NCBI GenBank assembly: GCA_963842525.1
Contig: CAWJGT010000009.1
Coordinates: forward strand, 1,568,001-1,632,000
DNA: 64,000 nucleotides
From: an uncultured Holophagales bacterium
Lineage (GTDB): Bacteria; Acidobacteriota; Thermoanaerobaculia; Multivoradales; UBA5704
Direction: 5' to 3'
A model generated the notes under the pieces. It was given only the letters and a program-made list of their open reading frames with translations, searched no databases and had not been told where the DNA came from. Below are positions 1 through 12,000 of the stretch, in pieces. A program made the position numbers and the translations under genes. Numbering within the stretch: the first letter of the stretch is position 1; each line of letters starts with the position of its first letter.

Positions 1-3000
1 ATGACCCTGCTCGCGGCCTGGAAGGGCCTGCTCCACCGCTACACCGGGCAGCTCGACCTCACGGTGGGCACTCCGATCGCGGGCCGCACCCACCTGCAGG
101 TGGAGGGATTGATCGGCTTCTTCGTCAACACCCTCGTGCTGCGCGCGGACCTGGCGGGGGACCCCGGTTTCCAGGAGCTGCTGGGGCGGGTGCGCCAAAT
201 CGTCCTCGATGCCTACACCCACCAGGATCTGCCGTTCGAGAGGCTGGTGGAGGAGCTGCAGCCCGACCGGAGCCTGAGCCATTCGGCGCTCTTCCAGGTG
301 CTCTTCACCTTGCAGAACACGCCGCAGGAGCGGCTGGAGCTACCTGGGCTGGAGCTGACGGCGCTCCCGGGTTCCAGTGGCGAGGCCAAGTTCGACCTCT
401 CCCTGGCGCTGGGAGAAGAGGGGGGGCGGCTGAGGGCGGTCCTCAGCTATGCCGCGGAGATCTTCGACGCCCCCACGGCCGAGCGGTTGGTGGCTCACTT
501 CACGGAGCTGTTGGCGGCGGTCACCCGGGATCCGGCGGCGCGCCTTTCCGATCTGCCGCTGCTGCGGGAGGCAGAGCGCCACGAGCTTCTGGTCGAGTGG
601 AACGACACGCGCCGTTCCTTAACGGAGGGGGTGTGCGTTCACCAGCTCTTCGAGGCGCAGGTTGAGCGCAGCCCAGAGGCGCTCGCGGTGGTCTGCGCCG
701 GGGAGGCTTTGAGCTTCGGCGAGCTCAACCGGCAGGCCAACCGACTAGCGCACGAGCTGCGCGGGATGGGGGTGGGGCCAGAGTCCAGGGTGGTCCTGTG
801 GGTTCGCAGGTCGCCGGCGATGCTGGTGGGAGTGCTGGGGATCCTCAAGGCTGGAGGGGCCTATGTGCCGATGGAGGCGGAACCGCCGCGGGAGCGGCTG
901 ACCGCCATCCTGGAGGATCTCGCACGGGAAGGAGAGCCGCCGATCGTCGTGGCTCCGGCGGAGCTGGCTGGACGCCTGGCGAAACAGCGCGCCCGGCTGG
1001 TGCCCCTCGAGGGAGCTGGCAGCCGTTCGGGAGAGGAGAATCCGGCCAGCGGTGTTGGGCTCCACCATGCGGTGTACTTGATCTACACCTCGGGATCGAC
1101 GGGCCGGCCGAAGGCGGTGGAGGTGGAGCACGGCCATCTGCTCAACTACCTGCAGGGGATCGAGGACCGCCTGCGCCTGGGGCCGGGTAGCCACTGGGCC
1201 CTGATGCAGCCGCTGAGCGTGGATGCCTGCAAGACGGCGCTGTATCCGCCGCTGATCAGCGGCGGGACGCTGCACGTGGTGCCGGAGGAGAGAATCCTGG
1301 ACGGCCCCTGGCTGGCGGACTACCTGAGCCGGCACGAGATGGACGTGCTGAAGCTCGCGCCGTCCCATCTGATCGCCTTGCAGGATGCGGTGCCGGAGGC
1401 TGATCTGCTGCCGCGTCAGTGGTTGATCCTGGGCGGCGAGGCTTCGCGGCGCGACTGGCTTCTGGGCCTGCGGGCGAAGGGCGGCTGCCGGATCCTCAAC
1501 CAGTACGGTCCCACCGAGACCACGGTGGCGGTGCTGGCCTGCGAGGTCCGGGCGGACTTGGCGGGCGGCCCCTCGCAGACCGTGCCGCTGGGGCGCCCGC
1601 TGGCCAACAGCCGGGTCTACGTGCTGGATGCGGCGCTACGGCCGATGCCCCCGGGGGTGGCCGGCGAACTCTGTATCGCCGGCCATGGGTTGGCGCGCGG
1701 CTACTTCGGTCGGCCCGCGCTCACAGCGGAGAAGTTCATCCCCGACCTCTTCGCCAAGGCCGCAGAGCCGGGCTCCCGGCTCTACCGCAGCGGCGACCTA
1801 GCGCGGTACCTGGCGAACGGCGAGCTGGAGTTCCTGGGGCGGATCGATCACCAGATCAAGATCCGCGGCTTCCGTATCGAGCCGGGGGAGATCGAGGCTG
1901 TCCTGTGCCGCCATCCGGCGGTCGCCGAAGCAGTGGTCACCGGCTGGGAGGAGCGGCCGGGCGCGCTGCGGCTGGCGGCCTATCTGGCAGGCACGCAGCG
2001 GCCTTCCACGGAGGAGCTGCGAGGCTTCCTCGCGGAGCGGCTCCCTGCGGCCATGGTGCCGTCGGCCTTTGTCTTTCTGGACACGCTACCGCGCACCGCC
2101 CACGGCAAGGTGGACCGCCGTTCGCTGCCGCTCCCCGAGGCGCTGCGGGAAGAGTCTGCTCAGGCTCCGCGTACCCCGGTCGAGGAGGTGCTGGCGGCGG
2201 TGTGGGGTGACGTGCTGGGCCTGGCGCGGGTGGGTGTGGAAGACGATTTCTTCGCGCTCGGAGGCCATTCGCTCCTCGCCGTCCGGGTGGTCTCTCGCCT
2301 GCGCGAGGCGCTCGGGGTGGAGCTGCCGCTGCGCGCGCTGTTCGAGTCGCCGACGCTGGAAGGGGTGGCGGCGGCCGTCGAGGAGCTGCGGCGCGGCGGG
2401 GAGCGGCCGGTGTTGCCGCCGATCGTCCGGGTGCCGCGCGAGGGCCCGCTGCCGTTGTCGTTCGCCCAGCAGCGGCTGTGGTTCCTCGACCAGTTGGAGC
2501 CGGGCAGCGCGGCATACAACATCCCGGCGGGCCTGCGGCTGCGCGGCCGGCTGGAGGTGCCGGTGCTGGCGGCGGCATTGCGGGAGATCGCGTGCCGGCA
2601 CGAGGTCTTGCGCACCACCTTCGTGGCCGTCGATGGAGATCCGGTCCAGGCCATCGGCGCCGAGCCGCCGGCGTCATTGCCGGTGATCGACCTGCGCGCG
2701 CTGCCGGAGTCGGCCCGTGCGGAGGAGGTCCGGCACCTGGCACGGCAGGAGGCGCTGGCGCCGTTTGACCTCTCCCGGGGCCCGCTGCTGCGCAGCTCGT
2801 TGCTGGCGCTCGCGGCCGAGGAGCACGTGGCTCTGGTGACGATGCACCACATCGCGAGCGACGGCTGGTCGACGGGCGTGCTGGTACGCGAGATCAAGGC
2901 GCTGTACGAAGCGTTCCTGGAGGGCCGCCCGTCGCCTCTGCCGGAGCTGGCGGTCCAGTACGCCGATTTCGCCGTCTGGCAGCGGGGCTGGCTCACGGGC

Positions 3001-6000
3001 GAGGCGCTCGCCCAGGAGCTGGAATACTGGCGCCGGCAGCTCGCGGGATCACCGGCCGCCACGGCGCTGCCTCTCGACCGGCCGCGGCCGGCGGTGCGGA
3101 GCTGGCGCGGAGGCTGCCGGACCGCCGCGCTGGCGGGGCCCCTGACCACCGCACTCCGTCAGCTCGCGCGCTCGTCGGGGACGACGCTGTTCATGACGCT
3201 GCTCGCGCTGTGGAAGAGCCTGCTCCATCGCTATACCGGTCAGCCCGTCCTCACGGTGGGCATCCCGATGGCGGGCCGCAACCACCTGCACCTGGAAGCG
3301 CTGATCGGCTGCTTCGTGAACACCCTGGCGCTGCGCGCGGATCTCGGCGGCGACCCCGGCTTCCTGGACCTGCTGGGCCGGGTGCGCCAGGTTACTCTGG
3401 ACGCCTACGCGCACCAGAATCTGCCGTTCGAAAAGCTGGTGGAGGAGTTGCAGCCGGACCGCAGCCTGCGTCACACGGCGCTGTTCCAGGTGATGTTCAC
3501 CTTGCAGAACGCCCCCCAGGAGCGATTCGAGCTGCCGGGGCTGGAGCTGACCGCGCTGGAGGGCTCCAACCCCGAGGCCAAGTTCGACCTGGTGCTGGCG
3601 CTGCGGGAGACCGCCGACGGTCTTGCGGCGACGCTGGTGTACGGGGCCGAGCTGTTCGACGGCTCGACGGCCGGGCGGATGCTGGAGCACCTCCAGCAGC
3701 TGGCGGAGAGCGCCGCGGCCGAGCCGGGTACCGCGATCTCGCGGCTGTCGCTGCTGCCCGCGGCGCAACGACACCAGCTGGTCGCGGAGTGGAACGGGCC
3801 GGGGCCCGCGGCCGAGGACGCGCCGATCCACCGGCAGGTCGAACGGCAAGCGGCGGCCGCGCCGGAGAGGATGGCGGTCCGCGATGAGCGGTCTAGTTAT
3901 GCCTATGGCGAGCTGAACGCCCACGCCAACCGGCTGGCCCGTCACCTGCTCGCCATGGGGCTCGCCGCGGAAGACCGGGTCTGCGTGCTCCTGGAGCGGT
4001 CCGCTGACCTGGTGATGGCTCTCCTGGCCGTGCTCAAGGCGGGGGGCGCCTACGTTCCGCTCGACCCTTCCTATCCAGAAGAGCGCCTCGCGTTCCTGAT
4101 CGCCGACTCCCAGGCGGGAGTGGATCGTCCGCTCGTAATCACCCGGGAAGGAGCGCTCGCCGCCTTGCCGGCCGATCGGGTGGGACGTGCCCGGGTGGTG
4201 CGCCTCGACGCCGATGCGGCCGCGTTCGCGGATGAAAGCGGCGAGAACCTGCCGCACGAAGGGCTCCCCGGTCAGCTCGCCTATGTGATTTACACCTCGG
4301 GCTCGACCGGAAGGCCCAAGGGAGTGGCGGTGACCCAGGGCTCCCTGAGCGGCCTCGTTGCCTGGCACGGTGAAGTGTTCGCGGTGGTTCCCGGCGATCG
4401 TGCCAGCCAGATCGCCAGCCCGGCGTTCAACGCCGCCACCTGGGAGATTTGGCCATACCTGGCCCAAGGTGCCTCCCTGGCGATCCCCAAGGCGGAAACC
4501 CGTTCGAGCCCGGATTTGCTGGTCCGATGGCTGGTGGAGCAGGCTGTCAGCCTGTGCTTCCTGCCGACCCCGCTGGCCGAAGCGCTGCTGGCGGAGGAGA
4601 GGCTCGATCGGCTGCCGCTGCGGGCCCTCCTGACCGGAGGCGACCGCCTGCACCTGGGGCCGCCTCCCGGGCTGCCGTTCGCTCTGTACAACCACTACGG
4701 CCCGACAGAGTGCACTGTGGTGGCGACCTGGCAGCGGGTGGAGTCGGGAGCGGAAGGGCCGCCGCCGATCGGGCGGCCGATCGCGGGCACCGAGGCCTAC
4801 ATCGTGGACGCCGCCGGCAACCTGGTGCCTTTGGGAGCCCCCGGGGAGCTGTGGATCGGAGGGGGCAGCCTGGCGCGTGGCTATCTGGGCCGCCCCGGCC
4901 TCACCGCCGAGCGGTTTACTCCGCATCCGTGGGGCGGGCCCGGCCTACGGCTCTACCGGACCGGGGACCTAGTGCGCCGACTGTCGGGTGGAGAGCTGGC
5001 GTTCCTGGGCCGCATCGACCGCCAAGTCAAGGTGCGCGGCTTCCGCATCGAGCTCGGCGAGGTGGAGGCCGCCCTGTACGCGCATCCGGTGGTCCAGAGC
5101 TGTGCCGTGGTGGTGCGGGGCAATCCGGCAGAGGACCTCCATCTCGCCGCCTACGTCGTGGCGGCCGCGATGGGCCCGGCCGGCGGCGCCGAGCTGCGCG
5201 CCTTCCTCCAGGACCGGCTGCCCGGTCCCATGGTTCCGGCCACCTTCACCTTCCTGGCGGAGCTGCCGCTCACTCCCAACGGCAAGATCGATCTGCGCAG
5301 CCTGCCGGATGAAATCCCTGACAAGATCCTGAGCACCGCCCCGCGCACCCCGATCGAGGAGCTGCTGGCCGAGGTCTGGAGCGACGTGCTGGGCCTGCCC
5401 CGGGTGGGGGTGGAGGACGACTTCTTCGCGCTGGGAGGCCATTCACTCCCAGCCGTCCGGGTGGTCTCTCGCCTGCGCGAGGCGCTCGGGGTGGAGCTGC
5501 CGCTGCGGGCGCTGTTCGAGGCGCCGACGTTGGGGGGATTGGCGGCGGCCGTCGAGGAGCTGCGGCGTGGCAGTGAGAGACCGGCATTGCCGCCAATCGT
5601 GCGGGTGGCGCGCGACGGCCCTCTGCCGCTGTCGTTTGCCCAGCAGCGCCTGTGGTTCCTCGCTCAGCTGGAGCCGGGCAGCGCGGCGTACAACATCCCA
5701 GCAGGCCTGCGGCTGCGGGGCCGGCTGGAGGTGCCGGTGCTGGCGGCGGCTCTGGCCGAGATCGCGCGCCGGCACGAGGTCCTGCGCACCACCTTCGGCG
5801 TCGCCGGCGGCGAAGCAGTCCAGGTGATCGCGCCGGAGCCGCTGGGGGGCTTGCCAGTGATCGACCTGCGGAGCCTGCCGGAGGCGGTGCGGGCGGAGGA
5901 GGTTCGGCGCCTGGCGCGGCGGGAGGGGCTGGCGCCGTTCGACCTATCCCGGGACCCGCTGCTACGCAGCTCGTTGCTGGCGCTCGCTGCCGAGGAGCAC

Positions 6001-9000
6001 GTGGCCCTGGTGACGATGCACCACATCGCGAGCGACGGCTGGTCCATGGGCGTGCTGGTGCGGGAGCTCACGGCGCTGTACACGGCCTTCCTGGAGGGGA
6101 GGCCGTCGCCGCTGCCAGAGCTGCCGGTGCAGTACGCCGATTTCGCCGCCTGGCAGCGGGCCTGGCTGACCGGGGAGGTCCTGGATTCCCAACTCGGCTT
6201 CTGGCGCGAGCATCTGGCCGGCGCCTCGCCGGTGCTGGACCTGCCGGCCGACCGGCCGCGCCCGGCGGTCTTCAGCGAGCGCGGCGGGCTGCGCGAGCGG
6301 CGGCAGCCGGCGGAGGTCGCGGCCGCCCTGGCGGCGTGGGGCCGGCGCGCCCACGCCACGCCGTTCATGGCCCTGCTGACGGTCTGGAAGGTGCTGCTCC
6401 ACCGCCTGACGGGCGCCGTCGACCTCCCGGTCGGCACGCCGATCGCCAACCGCGGCCGCCTGGAGCTGGAGGGCCTGATCGGCTTCTTCGTCAACACCTT
6501 GACGCTACGCACGCGCGTCGCGCCGGAGCTGTCCCTGCGCGAGATGACCGCCCGGGTCCGCGAGGGAGCCCTCTCCGCCTATGGGCACCAGGAGATGCCG
6601 TTCGAGCGGCTGGTAGAGGAGCTGACGCCGGAGCGCAGCCTCGCCCAGTCGCCCCTGTTCCAGGTGATGTTCGTGCTGCACAACAACCCCCGCGAGGACC
6701 TGGCGCTGCCGGGGCTCACCCTGGATCGCCTGCCGTCGCGGGCGGTGACCTCCAAGTTCGACCTCACGCTGTTCCTGACGCAGCGGGGCGACGGTCTCGC
6801 GGAGCAGATGGAGTACGCCTCCGACCTCTTCGACGCGGTGACGATCGACCGCTGGCTGGACCATTTCGGAGTCCTGCTGGAGGCGGGCTTGGCGGCGCCG
6901 GACCTGCCGCTCGGCGACCTGCCGCTGCTTTGCGCGGCCGAGCGCCACCAGCTGCGCTGCGAGTGGAACACCGCCGCCGAGGTGGGACCTCTCCTCCCGG
7001 TCCATATCCAAGTGGCGGAGCAGGCGTCGCTGGCACCGGAACGCACCGCCGTGATCGACGGCGCGCGGCATCTCTCCTATGTCGAGGTGGACCGCCTGGC
7101 GGAGGCGCTCGCCTCTCGCCTGGACGCCCGCGGCGTGGCCACCGACGCACCGGTGGGTATCTTCCTAGAGCGGGGCTGGGAGATGGCGGTGAGCCTGCTC
7201 GCGGTGCTCAAGGCGGGCGGCGGTTGTCTACCGCTCGATCCTGGCTATCCGCCCGACCGCCTGGCCTTCATGCTGGCGGACTCCGGAGCCCCTGTGCTGA
7301 TCACCAAGGAGCGCCTGATGTCCCAGCTGCCGGCGTTCGCCGGGCAGGTGGTGCGGGTCGAGGACGCCGAGGAGGAAACGAGCACTGTCTGGGTGGAAGC
7401 GCAGGCCGACGCCGAGTCGTTGGCCTATGTGGTCTACACCTCGGGCTCCACGGGCCGGCCCAAGGGGGTCGAAGTGCCGCACCGTGTGCTGTCGAACCTG
7501 ATCGCCTGGCAGCTCGCGGATGCCCGGGTGCCGCAGGCCCGGACGCTGCAGTTCGCCTCGCCGAGCTTCGACGCCTCCCTCCACGAGGTCTTCGCCACCC
7601 TGGCGGCGGGCGGCACGCTGGTGGTCGCCACCTCCGAGCACCGGCGGGATCCCGACGCGCTGCTGGCCTGGCTGCGGGAAGCGGCGGTGGAGCGCCTGTT
7701 TCTGCCCTATGTCGCCCTGCAGCAGCTCGCCGAAGCCTGGAGCCGGGCGGGCGGTGGGGAGCCGCTCCATCTGCGCGAGGTGATGACGGCCGGCGAGCAG
7801 CTCCGGGTCACCCCGGAGATCACCGCCTTTTTCCGCTCCTTGCCGGGCGCGGTGCTGTACAACGACTACGGGCCTTCCGAAACCCACGTCGTGACCTCGT
7901 GGGCGCTGGCTGGAGACCCTGGCGCGTGGCCGGCCCTGCCGCCGATCGGCCGGCCGCTGGCGAGCACCTCGGTCCACGTGCTTGACCGCCAGTCGCAACC
8001 CGTGCCGCTCGGCGTGCCCGGCGAGCTGTACCTGGGCGGGATCATGGTGGCGCGCGGCTATCTGGGCCGGCCGGACCTCACCGCCGAGCGCTTCCTGCCG
8101 GACCCGTGGAGCGAGCAGCCGGGAGGCCGCCTGTACAAGACCGGCGACCTGGCGCGCTGGCGCCCCGCCGGAGCGGTCGACTTCCTAGGCCGCGTCGACT
8201 TCCAGGTGAAGATCCGCGGCTTCCGGGTGGAGCCGGCGGAGATCGAGGCGGTGCTCCTGGCGCACCCGGCGGTGAGCGAGGCCGCCGTGGTGGTCCGCGG
8301 CGCCGGCGCGCGGCGCCGGCTGGTGGCGTTCGTGCAGCCCGCCGGGGCAGTCGAGGCCGGGGACGGTCTGCACGAGGCGCTGTGGGCCTACCTCCGGGAG
8401 CGCCTGCCGGACTACATGGTGCCGGCGGCGATCGTGGCCCTGGAGGCCTTCCCGCTGACCCCCAGCGGCAAGGTGGACCGCCGGTCGCTGCCGGAGATCG
8501 AGGCGATGGAGGCCGGTGTGCCGGCCGGCCCGCGCACGCCGGTCGAGGAGATGGTGGCGGGGATCTGGTCGGAGCTCCTGAGCGTGGGGGAGGTGGGGCC
8601 GGAGCAGGACTTCTTCGCTCTCGGCGGGCATTCGCTGCTAGCCACGCGGGTGGTGGCCCGGGTGCGCTCCACCTTCGGGGTGGAGCTGCCGGTGCGGGCG
8701 ATCTTCGAAAGCCCGACCCTGGCCGGCTTCGCCGCCGTGGTGGCCGCGGGCCTGCGCTCGGGCACGGGGCTGGTGGCGCCGCCGACGATCGAGCGGGCCG
8801 ACCGGCGGCAGCCGTTGCCGCTCTCCTTTGCCCAGCAGCGCCTCTGGTTCCTCGCCCAGTTGGAGCCGGGCAGCGCGGCGTACAACCTGCCGGCGGGCCT
8901 GCGGCTGACCGGCCGCCTGGTGGTGCCGGCCTTAGCGGCGGCCCTGGCCGAGATCGCGCGCCGGCACGAGGTGCTGCGCACCACCATCGCGACAGTCGGC

Positions 9001-12000
9001 GGCGAGGCGGTGCAGGTGGTCGCGCCGGAGCCACCGGGGAGCCTGCCCTGCGTCGACCTGCGGGGCCTGCCGGCGGCGGCCCGGGAGGAGGAGGTCCGGC
9101 GCCTGGCGCGGCAGGAAGCCCTGGCGCCGTTCGACCTCTCCCGGGGCCCGCTGCTGCGCAACTCGCTGCTGTCGCTAGCGGCCGACGAGCACGTCGTGCT
9201 CGTGACGATGCACCACATCGCGAGCGACGGATGGTCGATGGGCGTGCTGACCCGCGAGCTGAAGGCGCTGTACGAGGCCTTCGTGGGCGGCCAGCCGTCG
9301 CCGTTGCCCGAGCTGTCCGTGCAGTATGCGGACTTCGCCGTCTGGCAGCGCGGCTGGCTCTCGGGCACGGTGCTCGCGGCGGAGCTGGAACACTGGCGCC
9401 GGCAACTCGCAGGGGCTCCGGCGGCCACCGAGCTGCCGCTCGACCGGCCGCGGCCGGCGGTGCGGAGCTGGCGCGGCGGCCTGAGGACATTGGCGCTGCC
9501 GGCCGCGACCTCGGCCGCGCTGGTCTCGCTCGCGCGCTCGTCCGGGGCGACACTGTTCATGACGCTGCTCGCGGCCTGGCAGAGCCTGCTCCACCGCTAC
9601 ACCGGGCAGCTCGACCTCACCGCGGGCACGCCGATCGCGGGCCGTAACCACCTGCAGCTGGAAGGGCTGATCGGCTGTTTCGTCAACACCCTCGTACTGC
9701 GCACAGACCTCGGCGGCGACCCCGGTTTCCTGGAGCTGGTGGGCCGGTTGCGCCAGGTCACCCTGGACGCTTACGCGCACCAGGACCTGCCGTTCGAGAA
9801 GCTGGTGGAGGAGCTGCAGCCGGACCGGAACCTCAGCCACTCGGCACTGTTCCAGGTGATGTTCATCCTGCAGAACACGCCGCAGGAGCGCCTGGAGCTG
9901 CCGGGGCTGGAGATGGCGGCGCTCGGCGGCCAGGGCCTCGAGGCCAAGTTCGACCTCACCGTCGCGGTGACCGAGGAAGGGGGGCGGCTGCGCGCGGCTC
10001 TCGGCTACGCGGCCGAGCTGTTCGACGGCGCCACGGCCGAGCGGCTGCTCGGCCACTTCGCGGAGCTGCTCGGCGCCGCCGTGCTGGAGCCGTCGGCGCG
10101 GCTCTCGGAGCTGCCGCTGCTGCCGGCGGAGCAAAGGTGGCAGCTCCTGGGCGAGTGGAACGACCGGCCGGGCGAGGCGCCGCCGCGGGCCTGCCTGCAC
10201 GAGCTGTTTGCCACCCAGGCGCGGCGGACCCCGAACGCGGTGGCCCTGGTCGACGGCACCCGGCGGGTGAGCTTCGGCGAGCTCGACGAGTGGTCGGACG
10301 CCCTGGCCTCGGCGCTACTGGAGCGCGGGCTCGGCGACGGCGCCCAGGTGGGTTTCTTCGTGGAGCGCGGCGCCGCCATGGTGGCCGCCCTGCTGGGGGT
10401 GCTCAAGGCCGGGAGCGCCTACGTGCCGCTCGACCCCGCCTATCCGCGCGAGCGCCTGTGTCGCATGCTGGAGGGCTCGGGAGTGGCGGCGGTGCTGACC
10501 CAGGAGGCCCTGCGCGAGCTGCTGCCGGCCGGCGCGCCATCCTTGACTCTGGAGGAGCTGGGGGTGGGCGGACGGGGCCGGAAGCGGGGAATCGTGGCGC
10601 CGGAGTCGTTGGCCTACGTCATCTACACCTCGGGCTCGACTGGCCGCCCGAAGGGGGTGGGCATCGAGCACCGCAGCGCGGCCGAGCTGCTGGCCTGGGC
10701 GGCGAGCGCCTACAGCCGGGAGGAGATCGCCGGGGTCCTCGCCGTCACCTCGATCTGCTTCGACCTGTCGGTGTTCGAGCTGTTCGTGCCGCTGTCGCTC
10801 GGCGGCACGGTGATCCTGGCGCGCGACGCCCTGGCGTTGCCCGAGCTGCCGGCCTGGGGCGAGGTGACGCTGATCAACACGGTGCCGTCGGCGATGGCGG
10901 AGCTGGTGCGTCAGGGCGCCGTGCCGTCGTCGGTGAGGACGGTGAACCTGGCGGGCGAGCCGCTGCGCAACGACCTCGCCCAGGCGATCCATGCCGCCGG
11001 CGGCGCGGGCGTGCGGCGGGTGCTCAACCTGTACGGCCCGTCGGAGGACACCACCTACTCCACCGGTGCCGAGGTGGTGCCGGGCAGCCGGCGCGAGCCC
11101 TCGATCGGCCGCCCCTTGCTGCGCACGCAGGCGTACCTGGTGGACCCGTCGGGCGGGGCGGTGCCGCTGGGGGGGGCCGGAGAGCTGTGGCTCGGCAGCG
11201 CCAGCCTGGCCCGGGGCTATCTCGGGCATCCGGAGCTGACCGCGGAGCGGTTCGTGCCCGATCCCTTCGGCGTGCAGCCGGGCAGACGGCTTTATCGCAC
11301 CGGCGACCTCGCCCGCTTCCGCACCGACGGCGAGCTCGAGTACCTGGGCCGGGTGGACCAGCAGGTCAAGGTGCGCGGCTTCCGGATCGAGCTGGGGGAG
11401 GTAGAGGTCGCCCTCGGGCAGCACCCGGACGTGCGCGAGGCCATTGCCGGGATCGTGGAGAGCGCCCCGGGGGAGAAGCGCCTGGTCGCCTGGGTGGCGG
11501 CGGGCGTGCCGGGAGAGCCGCTGGCGCCGCGGCTGCGGAGCCACCTTCGCGCCCTGCTGCCCGAGCCCATGGTGCCCTCGCTCTTCGTCGAGGTGGACGC
11601 CCTGCCGCGGCTACCCAACGGCAAGGTGGACCGGCGCGCGCTGGCCTCTCTGGCAGCGCGGGAGGAGGCGCGGCCGGCCGGCGACGGCCGGGCGCCGCGC
11701 ACCGCCGAGGAAGAGCTGCTCGCCACCCTGTGGGCCGGGGTGCTGGGACGCGAGGCCGTCGGCCTCCACGACAACTTCTTCGACCTCGGCGGGCACTCCT
11801 TGCTGGCGATGCGCATCGTCACCCGGGCGAGCGAGGCGTTCGGGATCGAGGTCCCGCTGCGCTGGCTGTTCGAGCAGCCGACCGTGGCGGATCTCGCGCG
11901 GCGGGTCGCGGCCGCCCGCAGCGAGGAGCGCGGGCTGCTGCTCCCCTGCATCGCGCCGGTGCCGAGGACCGGCCCCCTGCCGCTGTCCTTCGCCCAGGAG

